Shown here in pieces: positions 1-10,016 of a stretch of 32,000 bases of DNA. The DNA is from Fastidiosibacter lacustris (GTDB lineage: Bacteria > Pseudomonadota > Gammaproteobacteria > Francisellales > Francisellaceae): the NCBI RefSeq assembly GCF_003428155.1, contig NZ_QLIR01000003.1, positions 90,001 to 122,000 on the forward strand, written 5' to 3'. Positions within the stretch are counted from its first letter, which is position 1; the number at the start of each line of letters is the position of its first letter. The notes beneath the pieces are model-generated. The model did not search any database. It saw only the letters and a program-made list of their open reading frames with translations, and was not told the DNA's origin. The translations under genes and the position numbers were made by a program.

Positions 1-458
1 CAATGGTACGCTACCCAAGAGGAGCTGTTGTGGGTAAAGGGATTACACCAGAGCTTGACCTTAAATTAGGTCAAGCCAAATTACTAAGACAAGGTCAAGT
101 GGTTGCAATTTTGAACTTTGGTACTTTATTGCCTATTGCATTAGAGGTAGCTGAAGTAGTTAATGCAACAGTTATCGATATGCGTTTTGTTAAACCTATA
201 GATGAAAAAATGATTGAGCAATTAGCTAGCCAACATAGTTTGTTACTCACACTAGAGGAAAATGTGGTGATGGGTGGAGCAGGATCTGCAGTTAATGAAT
301 ACTTAGTGACACATGATTTAATGACGAACTTAAAAGTTCGTAATATTGGTCTTCCAGATTACTATCAAAATCATGGCGATAAAAAAGAACTTCTAGCAGA
401 AGTTGGAATCTCAGCTGCCAAAATTATTGAGTTAATAATGGAAGTTAAACAGTCCTAA
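1..458 (+). CDS. dxs: 1-deoxy-D-xylulose-5-phosphate synthase, C-terminal fragment (5' end lies outside the window)
   Basis: The reading frame is open from the window edge. The translation (VRYPRGA..., DMRFVKPIDEKMI, LEENVVMGGAGSAVNEYL) resembles the C-terminal transketolase-C domain of Dxs. Stop TAA at 456-458. Confidence 0.85.
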   Translation, partial: MVRYPRGAVVGKGITPELDLKLGQAKLLRQGQVVAILNFGTLLPIALEVAEVVNATVIDMRFVKPIDEKMIEQLASQHSLLLTLEENVVMGGAGSAVNEYLVTHDLMTNLKVRNIGLPDYYQNHGDKKELLAEVGISAAKIIELIMEVKQS

Positions 459-584
459 GATTTTAATAGGACGTTATATTATTCAATATTCAAAGTCTAT
501 CAAATGTCTAAACAACAATCACAAGCCTGCTCAATCCTGACTTTTTTGTTTGCCAATAAGAGACTGATAACTTAGGTAAAAACT

Positions 585-2700
<2,116 letters not shown>

Positions 2701-2832
2701 GTAAGTTATGAGTAAAAGAGATCAAATACTTTAGTAACATAAGAACGTTTTACCTTGCGACATATACTATTTAATTAAGTGATTGCAAATAAAATGCAAA
2801 CAAAAGCATAAGAATAAAAAAGCGGAAAAATA

Positions 2833-3918
2833 ATGAAAATAGCGATAGTTGGAAATGGTCAGTTAGCGCAAATGCTGATTGAAAGTGTGAAGGATTTAGC
2901 TTTTAAAATTGATGCATACCCTTTACCTGAAATTAATCAAAATGGGCACAGTAATGCTCATGAAATTGTAATGTGGCAAAATAAGCTTAAAAGCTATGAC
3001 GTGGTGACCTATGAAATTGAAAATATTTCGGTTGAATTACTGAAAGCCGTAGCACAGGAAACGCAAGTTTATCCTGCAATTGGAGCCTTAAAGGTAGCAC
3101 AAGATCGTTTAGCAGAGAAGAAGCTATTTACCGAATTAGAGATTGAAACGAACAATTTTATCGAAGTAAACTCAAAAGAAGACTTGTTGCTAGCAAAGGA
3201 TCTGTTGGGCTTTCCTTTTGTATTAAAGAAACGTCGTTTTGGTTACGATGGAAAAGGGCAGTTTGTCATTAAAGCGGCTGCTGATTTACAACAAGCATGG
3301 GATGCTTTAGGGCAATATGACCTAATTGCAGAGAGTTTTGTTAATTTTGACTTTGAGGTGTCACAAGTTGCAAGTTGTGATCAATTTAGCAATATCGTGT
3401 TTTATCCTTTAGTGCGCAATGAGCATAGAGAAGGAATCTTACGTGAAACACATGTTTTAACTGATGCAAGTGAATTAAGTATGGTTGCTCAAGAAGTTGT
3501 TAAAAGATTTATTCGCCATTTTAATTATGTCGGGACTTTTGCGATGGAATTTTTTGTTAAAGGTAATACATTATATGCCAATGAAATTGCTCCACGTGTA
3601 CATAACTCAGGGCATTGGTCTATAGATGGTGCGAACATCAGTCAATTTAGAAATCACATGTTGGCAATTACTAAAGAAGAGATTGTCCAAGTCAAAGTGA
3701 ATGCGCGACACATTATGATGATTAACCTTATTGGAGAGAATGTACCTAAGTGCCAATTACCAGAAAACGTTTATGTTAAAAGCTATGGCAAGGAACTAAG
3801 AGCTGGGCGTAAAATGGGGCACATTAATATTGTTGATAATGAATTAGAGACATTTATTGAAAGCGTGAATATAATCTATAAAAATGTTGCAGCGAAATCA
3901 TGCTTAGAGGAGTTCTAG
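2833..3918 (+). CDS. purK: N5-carboxyaminoimidazole ribonucleotide synthase (ATP-grasp)
   Basis: 361-aa ORF. PurK-like motifs are MKIAIVGNGQLAQM, GFPFVLKKRRFGYDGKGQ and ANEIAPRVHNSGHWSIDG. No purE gene is adjacent. Confidence 0.85.
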   Translation: MKIAIVGNGQLAQMLIESVKDLAFKIDAYPLPEINQNGHSNAHEIVMWQNKLKSYDVVTYEIENISVELLKAVAQETQVYPAIGALKVAQDRLAEKKLFTELEIETNNFIEVNSKEDLLLAKDLLGFPFVLKKRRFGYDGKGQFVIKAAADLQQAWDALGQYDLIAESFVNFDFEVSQVASCDQFSNIVFYPLVRNEHREGILRETHVLTDASELSMVAQEVVKRFIRHFNYVGTFAMEFFVKGNTLYANEIAPRVHNSGHWSIDGANISQFRNHMLAITKEEIVQVKVNARHIMMINLIGENVPKCQLPENVYVKSYGKELRAGRKMGHINIVDNELETFIESVNIIYKNVAAKSCLEEF

Positions 3919-3987
3919 CTGGAAGGCACTGTATACTTTGGGGTGTCACAACCATGTTAAAAGATTCGATGAATAGAAAGGAAAAAT

Positions 3988-4428
3988 ATGTTTGAAGTAT
4001 CTGAAAATATAGAAAGTTATTATAACTTAAATCAAAGTATACGCGAGAAAATGCGTGCGATTGATGATATGGCAGATCAGCTTGGTGATCTTTTGGATTG
4101 GAATTTAACTGTTGATTTTCAAATTATTAATCAAAGTGATAAATCAAGCTTATATGCAGTGTCAATTATAGCGGGTGAAGTAGAGGATGAAGGTGCTCCT
4201 GTGTTCTTTACAACGGCGTCAGCAGACGAGGCACTTATTCGTTTGCAAGTTTACCTTGACCTTATGGAAAAATTTGAAATTAACAACCTTGCGCGATCTG
4301 TAGAATACTATCAACAAGCACTTGATAAACTCGCGCATTATTACAATGAAGAATGTGAAGATATTTTACACCAAATTGTACTTGAGGGCTTTTTTGCTTT
4401 TAATGAGTCTTTAGTTATCACTGAGTAA
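3988..4428 (+). CDS. Hypothetical acidic cytoplasmic protein (146 aa), family not recognised
   Basis: Clean ORF with an AAGGAA SD about 7 nt upstream of the ATG. The protein is rich in D/E and has no TM segment or signal peptide. I recognise no motif. Confidence 0.6.
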   Translation: MFEVSENIESYYNLNQSIREKMRAIDDMADQLGDLLDWNLTVDFQIINQSDKSSLYAVSIIAGEVEDEGAPVFFTTASADEALIRLQVYLDLMEKFEINNLARSVEYYQQALDKLAHYYNEECEDILHQIVLEGFFAFNESLVITE

Positions 4429-4536
4429 GGTGAGGTGCTTTTTCTTTTAAATGTTTCACAAATAAATCAACAAAAAAATAACACCTCAATCAGCATATTG
4501 CAAATTTTTCTTAGATTCCCAAATAGGAGAAAATAG

Positions 4537-5145
4537 ATGTTATTAAGCTTTGCGGTTGCCCTTATTGTTATTATGAATCCAATTGGTAACTTGGCGATTT
4601 ATAGTGCATTAATTGAAAATAGAAATACAGAAGAATGCAATAAAACCGCTAAAACTTGTGCTATTGCTATATTTAGCATATTAATGATTGCATTATGGAT
4701 TGGCTGGCCAATATTAAATTTTTTTGGGATCAGTATAGGTGCTTTTGAGTTTGCAGGAAGCTTGATTATTTTGAGAATCGCTTTGTCGATGATTAAAGGT
4801 CATAGTCATACGCATGATAAAGAGAAAACAAAACAACTAAAATATCCGTCTATTGCAGTGGTACCAATGGCAACACCTGTCATTGCAGGACCAGGATCGA
4901 TGGTCGTGATTATTAGCCACGCTAATGAGTTTACGATTACACAATTTATCTATGCTAGTGTCATATGCTTGATTATTTCTGTATTTTTTTGGCTGCTTTT
5001 GAAATTTACACCTAAATTTGCAAGCCATATAGGAGATGAAACAATGGCGGTTATATCAAGGATAATGGGATTAATATTGGCAGCTATTGCCATTCAAATG
5101 GCAGCAAGCGGTTTAATACTTTTATTCCCAGTTTTGGGAAGCTAA
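4537..5145 (+). CDS. MarC-family (UPF0056) integral membrane protein
   Basis: 202-aa polytopic ORF with an AGGAGA SD. Segments NPIGNLAIY, FGISIGAFEFAGSLIILRIA, VVPMATPVIAGPGSM and AVISRIMGLILAAIAIQM align by eye to E. coli MarC. Confidence 0.85.
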   Translation: MLLSFAVALIVIMNPIGNLAIYSALIENRNTEECNKTAKTCAIAIFSILMIALWIGWPILNFFGISIGAFEFAGSLIILRIALSMIKGHSHTHDKEKTKQLKYPSIAVVPMATPVIAGPGSMVVIISHANEFTITQFIYASVICLIISVFFWLLLKFTPKFASHIGDETMAVISRIMGLILAAIAIQMAASGLILLFPVLGS

Positions 5146-5217
5146 GGTCTTTGCTTTATCAGCAAACCTTGAAAGGACTCTGCAAAAATTGAACGTAACA
5201 AAATCAAAAAATACTAG

Positions 5218-5241
5218 TTGACAGTTTGTTAAAGTTATAAT
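5218..5241 (+). promoter_or_regulatory. Perfect TTGACA and perfect TATAAT hexamers at a non-canonical 12-nt spacing, upstream of the small ORF and MFS gene
   Basis: TTGACA is at 5218-5223 and TATAAT at 5236-5241. The -10 alone would put a TSS near 5248-5250, about 20 nt before the small-ORF ATG. The spacing is too short for both hexamers to act as a standard sigma70 pair. Confidence 0.3.
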
Positions 5242-5268
5242 ACAACTTTATGACACAGGGAGTTATTA

Positions 5269-5373
5269 ATGAAACGAGGAGGGTTTACGAAGCGTAAATT
5301 CTATAAAGCTGAATTTGGTGATTATTTATGGGAATATGAATGGGATAATATTATGTCTGAAGAAAAAGCATGA
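5269..5373 (+). CDS. Small ORF (34 aa: MKRGGFTKRKFYKAEFGDYLWEYEWDNIMSEEKA), either a candidate leader peptide for the downstream MFS gene or an independent small protein
   Basis: ATG at 5269 is preceded by AGGGAG (5257-5262) at 6-nt spacing. The stop TGA (5371-5373) overlaps the only SD-like element (GAGG, 5372-5375) of the MFS gene that starts at 5388. This ORF is below the size cut-off of the supplied ORF track. Confidence 0.4.
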   Translation: MKRGGFTKRKFYKAEFGDYLWEYEWDNIMSEEKA

Positions 5374-5387
5374 GGTCTATCTAGAAA

Positions 5388-6593
5388 ATGACTTATACCA
5401 GAATGCTTTGCGTATTTTTAATAATTACTTTATTAAGTCTTTTTTCACGTGACATTTATATTCCATCACTACCTGAAATAGTTAAAGATTTATCATCTAA
5501 TCAATCTATGATTACTGGTTCTATCACTGCCTGCTTACTTGGCTGCGGAATATCTGCACCATTTTATGGGTTTTTCGCCGAAAAATATGGAAAAAAAATA
5601 ATACTAATGTTTGGACTTTTTCTTTGCTTAATTGGAAATGTAGTAACTCTAGTTGCGTATAATGGGATTCTGTTTTGGACAAGTAGACTTGTTGTGGGTA
5701 TAGGAATAGGCTCTGTACCAGTTATTACTAGAGCATTAGCTGCTGATTATTTTCAAGATTACAAATTAACTAAAATCTTGTCATATTTATCTATGGCTGC
5801 AACCACTGCTTTAGCTATTGCTCCAATATTAGGTGGGTACTTACACAATTATTTAGGTTGGCAATCCAGTTTTATTTTTTTAATAGTTTGTTCAGTTCTA
5901 TCATATATATGTGTTAAATTTTTAATTATTAATGATATGCAGAAAGGTAGAGTTAAACCTAAGAGTTATAAATATTTGACGAAAAATTTTATTTCTTTAT
6001 TTGTTGATAAACAATTTATGAGTTATGCATTAATCTCATCTTTAGCTTTTTTTTATGGTATGGCATATCTTATGATTACTCCTTTCTTATTTCAAGGCGT
6101 ACTAAATTTAAATGTTTCTGAAAATGGTTTTATGTATATATTCATCGCAATAGCATTCTTTTTAGGGACTTATTCTTGCGGAATTATAACAAAGCATATA
6201 AGTGATAATTTAATATTAATTATTGGTATAAGTGCTACTTTTGTTGGAACGATGATTTATCTGCTATTTCATTCTATCAACTTTGTAAGTATTTTCTCAG
6301 TAACTTTTGGTGGTTTTGTTTGTATTTTTGGAAGCGGTGTAATAATGCCTATAGCGAATAAAAAGTGTGTTACCAACAAGCTCAATTTAACAGGAATATC
6401 ATCATCAATGCTATCTTTTATTAGAATGTTGATCGTCTTTATATTGGGCATTCCAGTATCTATGGTCGATAAAAGCAATTTAGTATCTTTGTTTATTACA
6501 TATGCATTATTGAGCATAACCACATTCTTATTGTTTATATTTACACTGAAAAAATCGCTACAAACCGAACCCACAGCTCTTCCTAATCATTAA
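5388..6593 (+). CDS. MFS transporter, Bcr/CflA (DHA1)-like, substrate unknown
   Basis: 401-aa ORF with about 12 hydrophobic segments. The N-terminal region IYIPSLPEIVKDL...FYGFFAEKYGKKIILM parallels the Bcr/CflA signature seen in the ORF at 17844-19052. An alternative in-frame ATG is at 5403. Confidence 0.8.
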   Translation: MTYTRMLCVFLIITLLSLFSRDIYIPSLPEIVKDLSSNQSMITGSITACLLGCGISAPFYGFFAEKYGKKIILMFGLFLCLIGNVVTLVAYNGILFWTSRLVVGIGIGSVPVITRALAADYFQDYKLTKILSYLSMAATTALAIAPILGGYLHNYLGWQSSFIFLIVCSVLSYICVKFLIINDMQKGRVKPKSYKYLTKNFISLFVDKQFMSYALISSLAFFYGMAYLMITPFLFQGVLNLNVSENGFMYIFIAIAFFLGTYSCGIITKHISDNLILIIGISATFVGTMIYLLFHSINFVSIFSVTFGGFVCIFGSGVIMPIANKKCVTNKLNLTGISSSMLSFIRMLIVFILGIPVSMVDKSNLVSLFITYALLSITTFLLFIFTLKKSLQTEPTALPNH

Positions 6594-6791
6594 CGTCCCT
6601 CAGGATTTTGTTACGAGCCACGATGACTGATCATCTAAAACAATATGGGGAGCTTGTGCTAGATTTAAACAGCATCCCCGCAAAGATAGATGACATAAGG
6701 GATAGAGAGCTATTTTAAAAAAACCATGACAGGTTTACTGACGTATTCCGACTAGACCCGAAGTTGAAAAGCCATAATTTTAAAAATTAAA

Positions 6792-6822
6792 TTGACTTTG
6801 CAATGGTAGTCTTGTCTAATAT
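6792..6822 (+). promoter_or_regulatory. Candidate promoter for the second MFS gene (TTGACT-17 nt-TCTAAT, or TAATAT with a 19-nt spacer)
   Basis: TTGACT is at 6792-6797 and TCTAAT at 6815-6820. An AAGGAA SD follows about 9 nt before the ATG at 6864. Confidence 0.3.
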
Positions 6823-6863
6823 CAAGCCTGGAATAATACTCGATTTTTAAGGAACTTGATCCT

Positions 6864-8111
6864 ATGCGACAGGTATCTGCCAATGTTTCATATCGCTTCT
6901 TTTTACAGGCTTACCTATTGATCTTCTCAACAGAATTTATGTTTGCTTTGATTAATCCTAGCTATGTACAATTATTCTTTGACGCAAAATCTCCTTTTAG
7001 TAGTTCATTTGCTAATCAGTATAACGCCTCAATTATTTATGGTATTTTTTTACTAGGAGGACAGATCGCAGGGTTAGTTGCAAATATTGTGTGGGGCGTT
7101 ATTTCAGATCATGTGGGTAGAAAACCTATTGCGACCATCTCAACTGTGGCACTTATTATAACGGCAATCACTGCAATATTGGCAGAACATTGGCAACTGA
7201 TCACTTTATTTGTGGCGGGGGCAATCTTGGGGCACGCATTGTATGGCATGTTTCCTGTGGTGATTGCCAGTGTCTCTAGTGCTGCATATCAAAGTCAAAG
7301 AAAGTTAATTTGGATTGGTCTTTTGCAGTTTTTTACAGGATTAGCATTTGTTATTGGTCCCACTGTTGGTAGTTTATTGATGATTAATTATGCAAACTAT
7401 ATGGCGCCATATTACGTTGTGGTCCTATTAGCAATAGTGATGTTTTTTATCGTTGCAATTGGTTATTATCCTGAGCATTACTATCAGCAGCAAAGGGTAA
7501 CACACCAAAAGAATGTCTTATGTGATTTGTTGCATTTATTAAAACAAAAAAAGGTTGGTGTTTTGGTTTGGTTGTTATTGCTAGATCAGCTTGCCTGGGG
7601 AATGTATTTTCAATTTATTCAACCATTAGCAAAATTAAGCTTAGGTTTTTCAATCAGTGATATTGGTTATTTAGTGAGTTTTATTGGCTTATCATTAATG
7701 GTATCAGCGTTGGTATTATTACCTATTTTGCAAAGGTTCTTAAATCATAACATGTTATTTATTATTGCTGTGATCGCTATGCTTATAGGAAGCTTTGGTG
7801 CTATGCTTATTACTTTTTATCCGCAATTGAGTAAGTTTTGGATTTACGCAGTAAGCTTTATGGTTGCATTTGGTGATATGGTAGTTTTTTCACTATTAGT
7901 TGTTGGATTTTCAAATGCGGTACCTTCTGCATATCAAGGCTTTATTTCTGGGGTATTATATACCTTAGCAAAAGGATTTGGCTGGGGTGTATCAGGATTT
8001 TTAGGTGGATATTTCATTTCACTGCATATGTTTTGGTCAATGGGGTTTGCAACTATTATGCTTTTAATACTGCTTATTAGTTTTTGTAGCTTTCGAAATA
8101 TTCGTATTTAA
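6864..8111 (+). CDS. MFS transporter (drug/H+ antiporter-like), substrate unknown
   Basis: 415-aa polytopic ORF. MFS motif A lies between TM2 and TM3 (GVISDHVGRKPIA). An AAGGAA SD is present. Confidence 0.8.
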   Translation: MRQVSANVSYRFFLQAYLLIFSTEFMFALINPSYVQLFFDAKSPFSSSFANQYNASIIYGIFLLGGQIAGLVANIVWGVISDHVGRKPIATISTVALIITAITAILAEHWQLITLFVAGAILGHALYGMFPVVIASVSSAAYQSQRKLIWIGLLQFFTGLAFVIGPTVGSLLMINYANYMAPYYVVVLLAIVMFFIVAIGYYPEHYYQQQRVTHQKNVLCDLLHLLKQKKVGVLVWLLLLDQLAWGMYFQFIQPLAKLSLGFSISDIGYLVSFIGLSLMVSALVLLPILQRFLNHNMLFIIAVIAMLIGSFGAMLITFYPQLSKFWIYAVSFMVAFGDMVVFSLLVVGFSNAVPSAYQGFISGVLYTLAKGFGWGVSGFLGGYFISLHMFWSMGFATIMLLILLISFCSFRNIRI

Positions 8112-8192
8112 AAACCATTTGAATCTTAGCTAGTAAGAATTTTACACTTTTTCCTTATTTTTCCGTGAAAACTAGATTAAAAAATTTTAACT

Positions 8193-8224
8193 TAGTGTGA
8201 TATAGTGTGACATAGTGTCACATA
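8193..8224 (+). promoter_or_regulatory. Three tandem 10-bp repeats (TAGTGTGATA / TAGTGTGACA / TAGTGTCACA) containing an extended -10 (TGaTATAGT, 8198-8206) and the 7-3-7 palindrome TGTGACA-tag-TGTCACA (8206-8222). Candidate oppA promoter and operator.
   Basis: Read directly from the sequence. The element lies 26-57 nt upstream of the oppA ATG (8250). Confidence 0.4.
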
Positions 8225-8249
8225 AAGAAAAATTCTTGGGGAGAGAAAT

Positions 8250-9887
8250 ATGAAACATATTAAGTTAATGACATTTATTCTATCTAGTGCATTACTGGTT
8301 AGTTGTGGTAATGATAACAGTAGTACAAGTCATTCAGAATTTGCATTAAAAGACAAAGACACATTGGTGCGTGGAAATGCTTTTGAACCTGAATCATTAG
8401 ATCCTATACATGTACAAACGAATGCAGCAGCTTCAATTTTGTATGACGTTGGTGAAGGTTTGATGTCTGAGGATCAAGCGAATAACCCTGTGCCTGGAGT
8501 GGCGAAGTCTTATGAAGTTTCTAAAGATGGTATGACTTACACTTTTTATTTACGTGATGATGCTAAATGGTCTAATGGGGAGTCAATTACGGCTGAGGAT
8601 TTTGTTTATGCATTTAAGCGAGCAGTAGATCCTAACATGGCATCTGAGATGGCGTATAAACTTGCACCAATTCAAAATGCGCAAGCGATTATGGATGGCA
8701 AGAAGCCTGTTTCAAGTCTCGGTGTTAAAGCATTAGATGCACATACTATACAAATACAGTTAGATTATCCAGTTTATTATTTTCTTAGCATTGTAGCCGA
8801 CCCTATTAGTTATCCAGTTTATAAGGAAGGTGTTGACCAATATGGGCAGAGCTTTTTCCAAGCGGGTAAACTCATTAGCAATGGTGCGTATAAGCTAAAA
8901 GAGTGGGTACCTAATGGATATGTTTTAGTCACCAAAAATTCTTATTATTGGGATGCAAAAAATGTTCATATTCAAAACGTTAAATTTCTACCAATCGTTG
9001 AGCGTATGTCAGCGTTAAATGCTTATGCTTCTGGGCAAGTAGATTATTTGATGTATGTCCCGTCTGTTAATTTAGATACACTAGAAAAAAAATATGGTGA
9101 TCAGTTGAAAGCAACTTCTTGGTTAGCATTAGAATATCTTGATTTTAATTTAACCAGACCACCGTTTAAGGATAATAAGGATTTACGTGAAGCATTATCT
9201 CTTGCTATTGATCGCGAAGCATTGGTTAAGCAAGTAATACGAGATGGTAGTATTGCAGCTTACAGCTTTTTCCCTGCTGATATAGATAAGGGGCGTTATA
9301 AAGATATCAAATATACATGGAGTGATTGGGGTCAAGAAAAACGCTTAGAATTGGCTAAACAACTATACACAAAGGCAGGCTACTCAAAAATTAACCCACT
9401 TCGTATATCAATTGAATACAACACAGATGAAAAAAATAAGAAAGTTATGGAAGCGATTGCGCAGATGTGGACACAAAATTTAGGTGTGAAAGTCAACTTG
9501 GTAAATTCGGAATTTAAAGTATTTTTAAAAATTCGTCAAACTCATAATTATGATGGTGTTGCACGTGATGGCTGGGCGGCTGATTTTAATACCATTGATA
9601 ATTTCGCCTCAATGTGGACGTGTAATAATCCACAAAATAATGTAGCATATTGCAATCCTGAATATGATAATTTGATATTGGAAGGGCGAAAGCAATTAAT
9701 AGTAGATGATGTAGTTTCTTATTATACAAAAGCCTTAAATATCGTACAGAATGATTATCCAGTTGCGCCACTTTTTGTCCACCCAGTTATTCACTTGGTC
9801 AAACCATACGTTCAAAATTACAATATGCAAACGAATCACCTTGATCATGTTTATGACAAGTGGTTTTCATTTAAATATCAATCATAA
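8250..9887 (+). CDS. oppA: Peptide ABC transporter substrate-binding lipoprotein (SBP family 5, OppA/DppA type)
   Basis: 545-aa ORF with a GGGGAGAG SD. It has a lipoprotein signal with lipobox LLVSC|G. Its size and its position ahead of oppBCDF-type genes fit OppA. An Opp versus Dpp assignment is not resolvable by eye. Confidence 0.85.
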   Translation: MKHIKLMTFILSSALLVSCGNDNSSTSHSEFALKDKDTLVRGNAFEPESLDPIHVQTNAAASILYDVGEGLMSEDQANNPVPGVAKSYEVSKDGMTYTFYLRDDAKWSNGESITAEDFVYAFKRAVDPNMASEMAYKLAPIQNAQAIMDGKKPVSSLGVKALDAHTIQIQLDYPVYYFLSIVADPISYPVYKEGVDQYGQSFFQAGKLISNGAYKLKEWVPNGYVLVTKNSYYWDAKNVHIQNVKFLPIVERMSALNAYASGQVDYLMYVPSVNLDTLEKKYGDQLKATSWLALEYLDFNLTRPPFKDNKDLREALSLAIDREALVKQVIRDGSIAAYSFFPADIDKGRYKDIKYTWSDWGQEKRLELAKQLYTKAGYSKINPLRISIEYNTDEKNKKVMEAIAQMWTQNLGVKVNLVNSEFKVFLKIRQTHNYDGVARDGWAADFNTIDNFASMWTCNNPQNNVAYCNPEYDNLILEGRKQLIVDDVVSYYTKALNIVQNDYPVAPLFVHPVIHLVKPYVQNYNMQTNHLDHVYDKWFSFKYQS

Positions 9888-10016
9888 GTAATATAAAAAT
9901 ATGATATTTTTAATTTGTTTTTTTGTAAGCGAAAATACGATGTAAAACTAAAATAGTTTACCATACTGGTAAGCAGTTTATGCGCACATAAAATAAAATG
10001 AAAGAGGGAAAATTAA

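Noticed and set aside
504-575. Short intergenic ORFs (for example 23 codons at 504-575 and 14 codons at about 9901-9945)
   Set aside because: They have no SD and no supporting context, and lie in AT-rich spacers where such frames arise by chance.
4431-4488. 7-bp inverted repeat TGAGGTG...CACCTCA after the orphan gene, considered as a terminator
   Set aside because: The arms are separated by a 44-nt loop and no T-run follows, so it is not a credible intrinsic terminator. The same applies to the short hairpins at 452-472 and 5150-5166.
5218-5241. Calling TTGACA + TATAAT a canonical strong sigma70 promoter
   Set aside because: Both hexamers are perfect, but the spacer is 12 nt rather than 16-18, so they cannot act together in the standard geometry. 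Only the -10 is retained as a low-confidence element.
8206-8222. CRP-binding site interpretation of TGTGA-N7-TCACA upstream of oppA
   Set aside because: The CRP consensus has a 6-nt spacer (TGTGA-N6-TCACA). Here the spacer is 7 nt, and the half-sites belong to a 10-bp tandem repeat. I keep it as a generic operator candidate rather than calling CRP.
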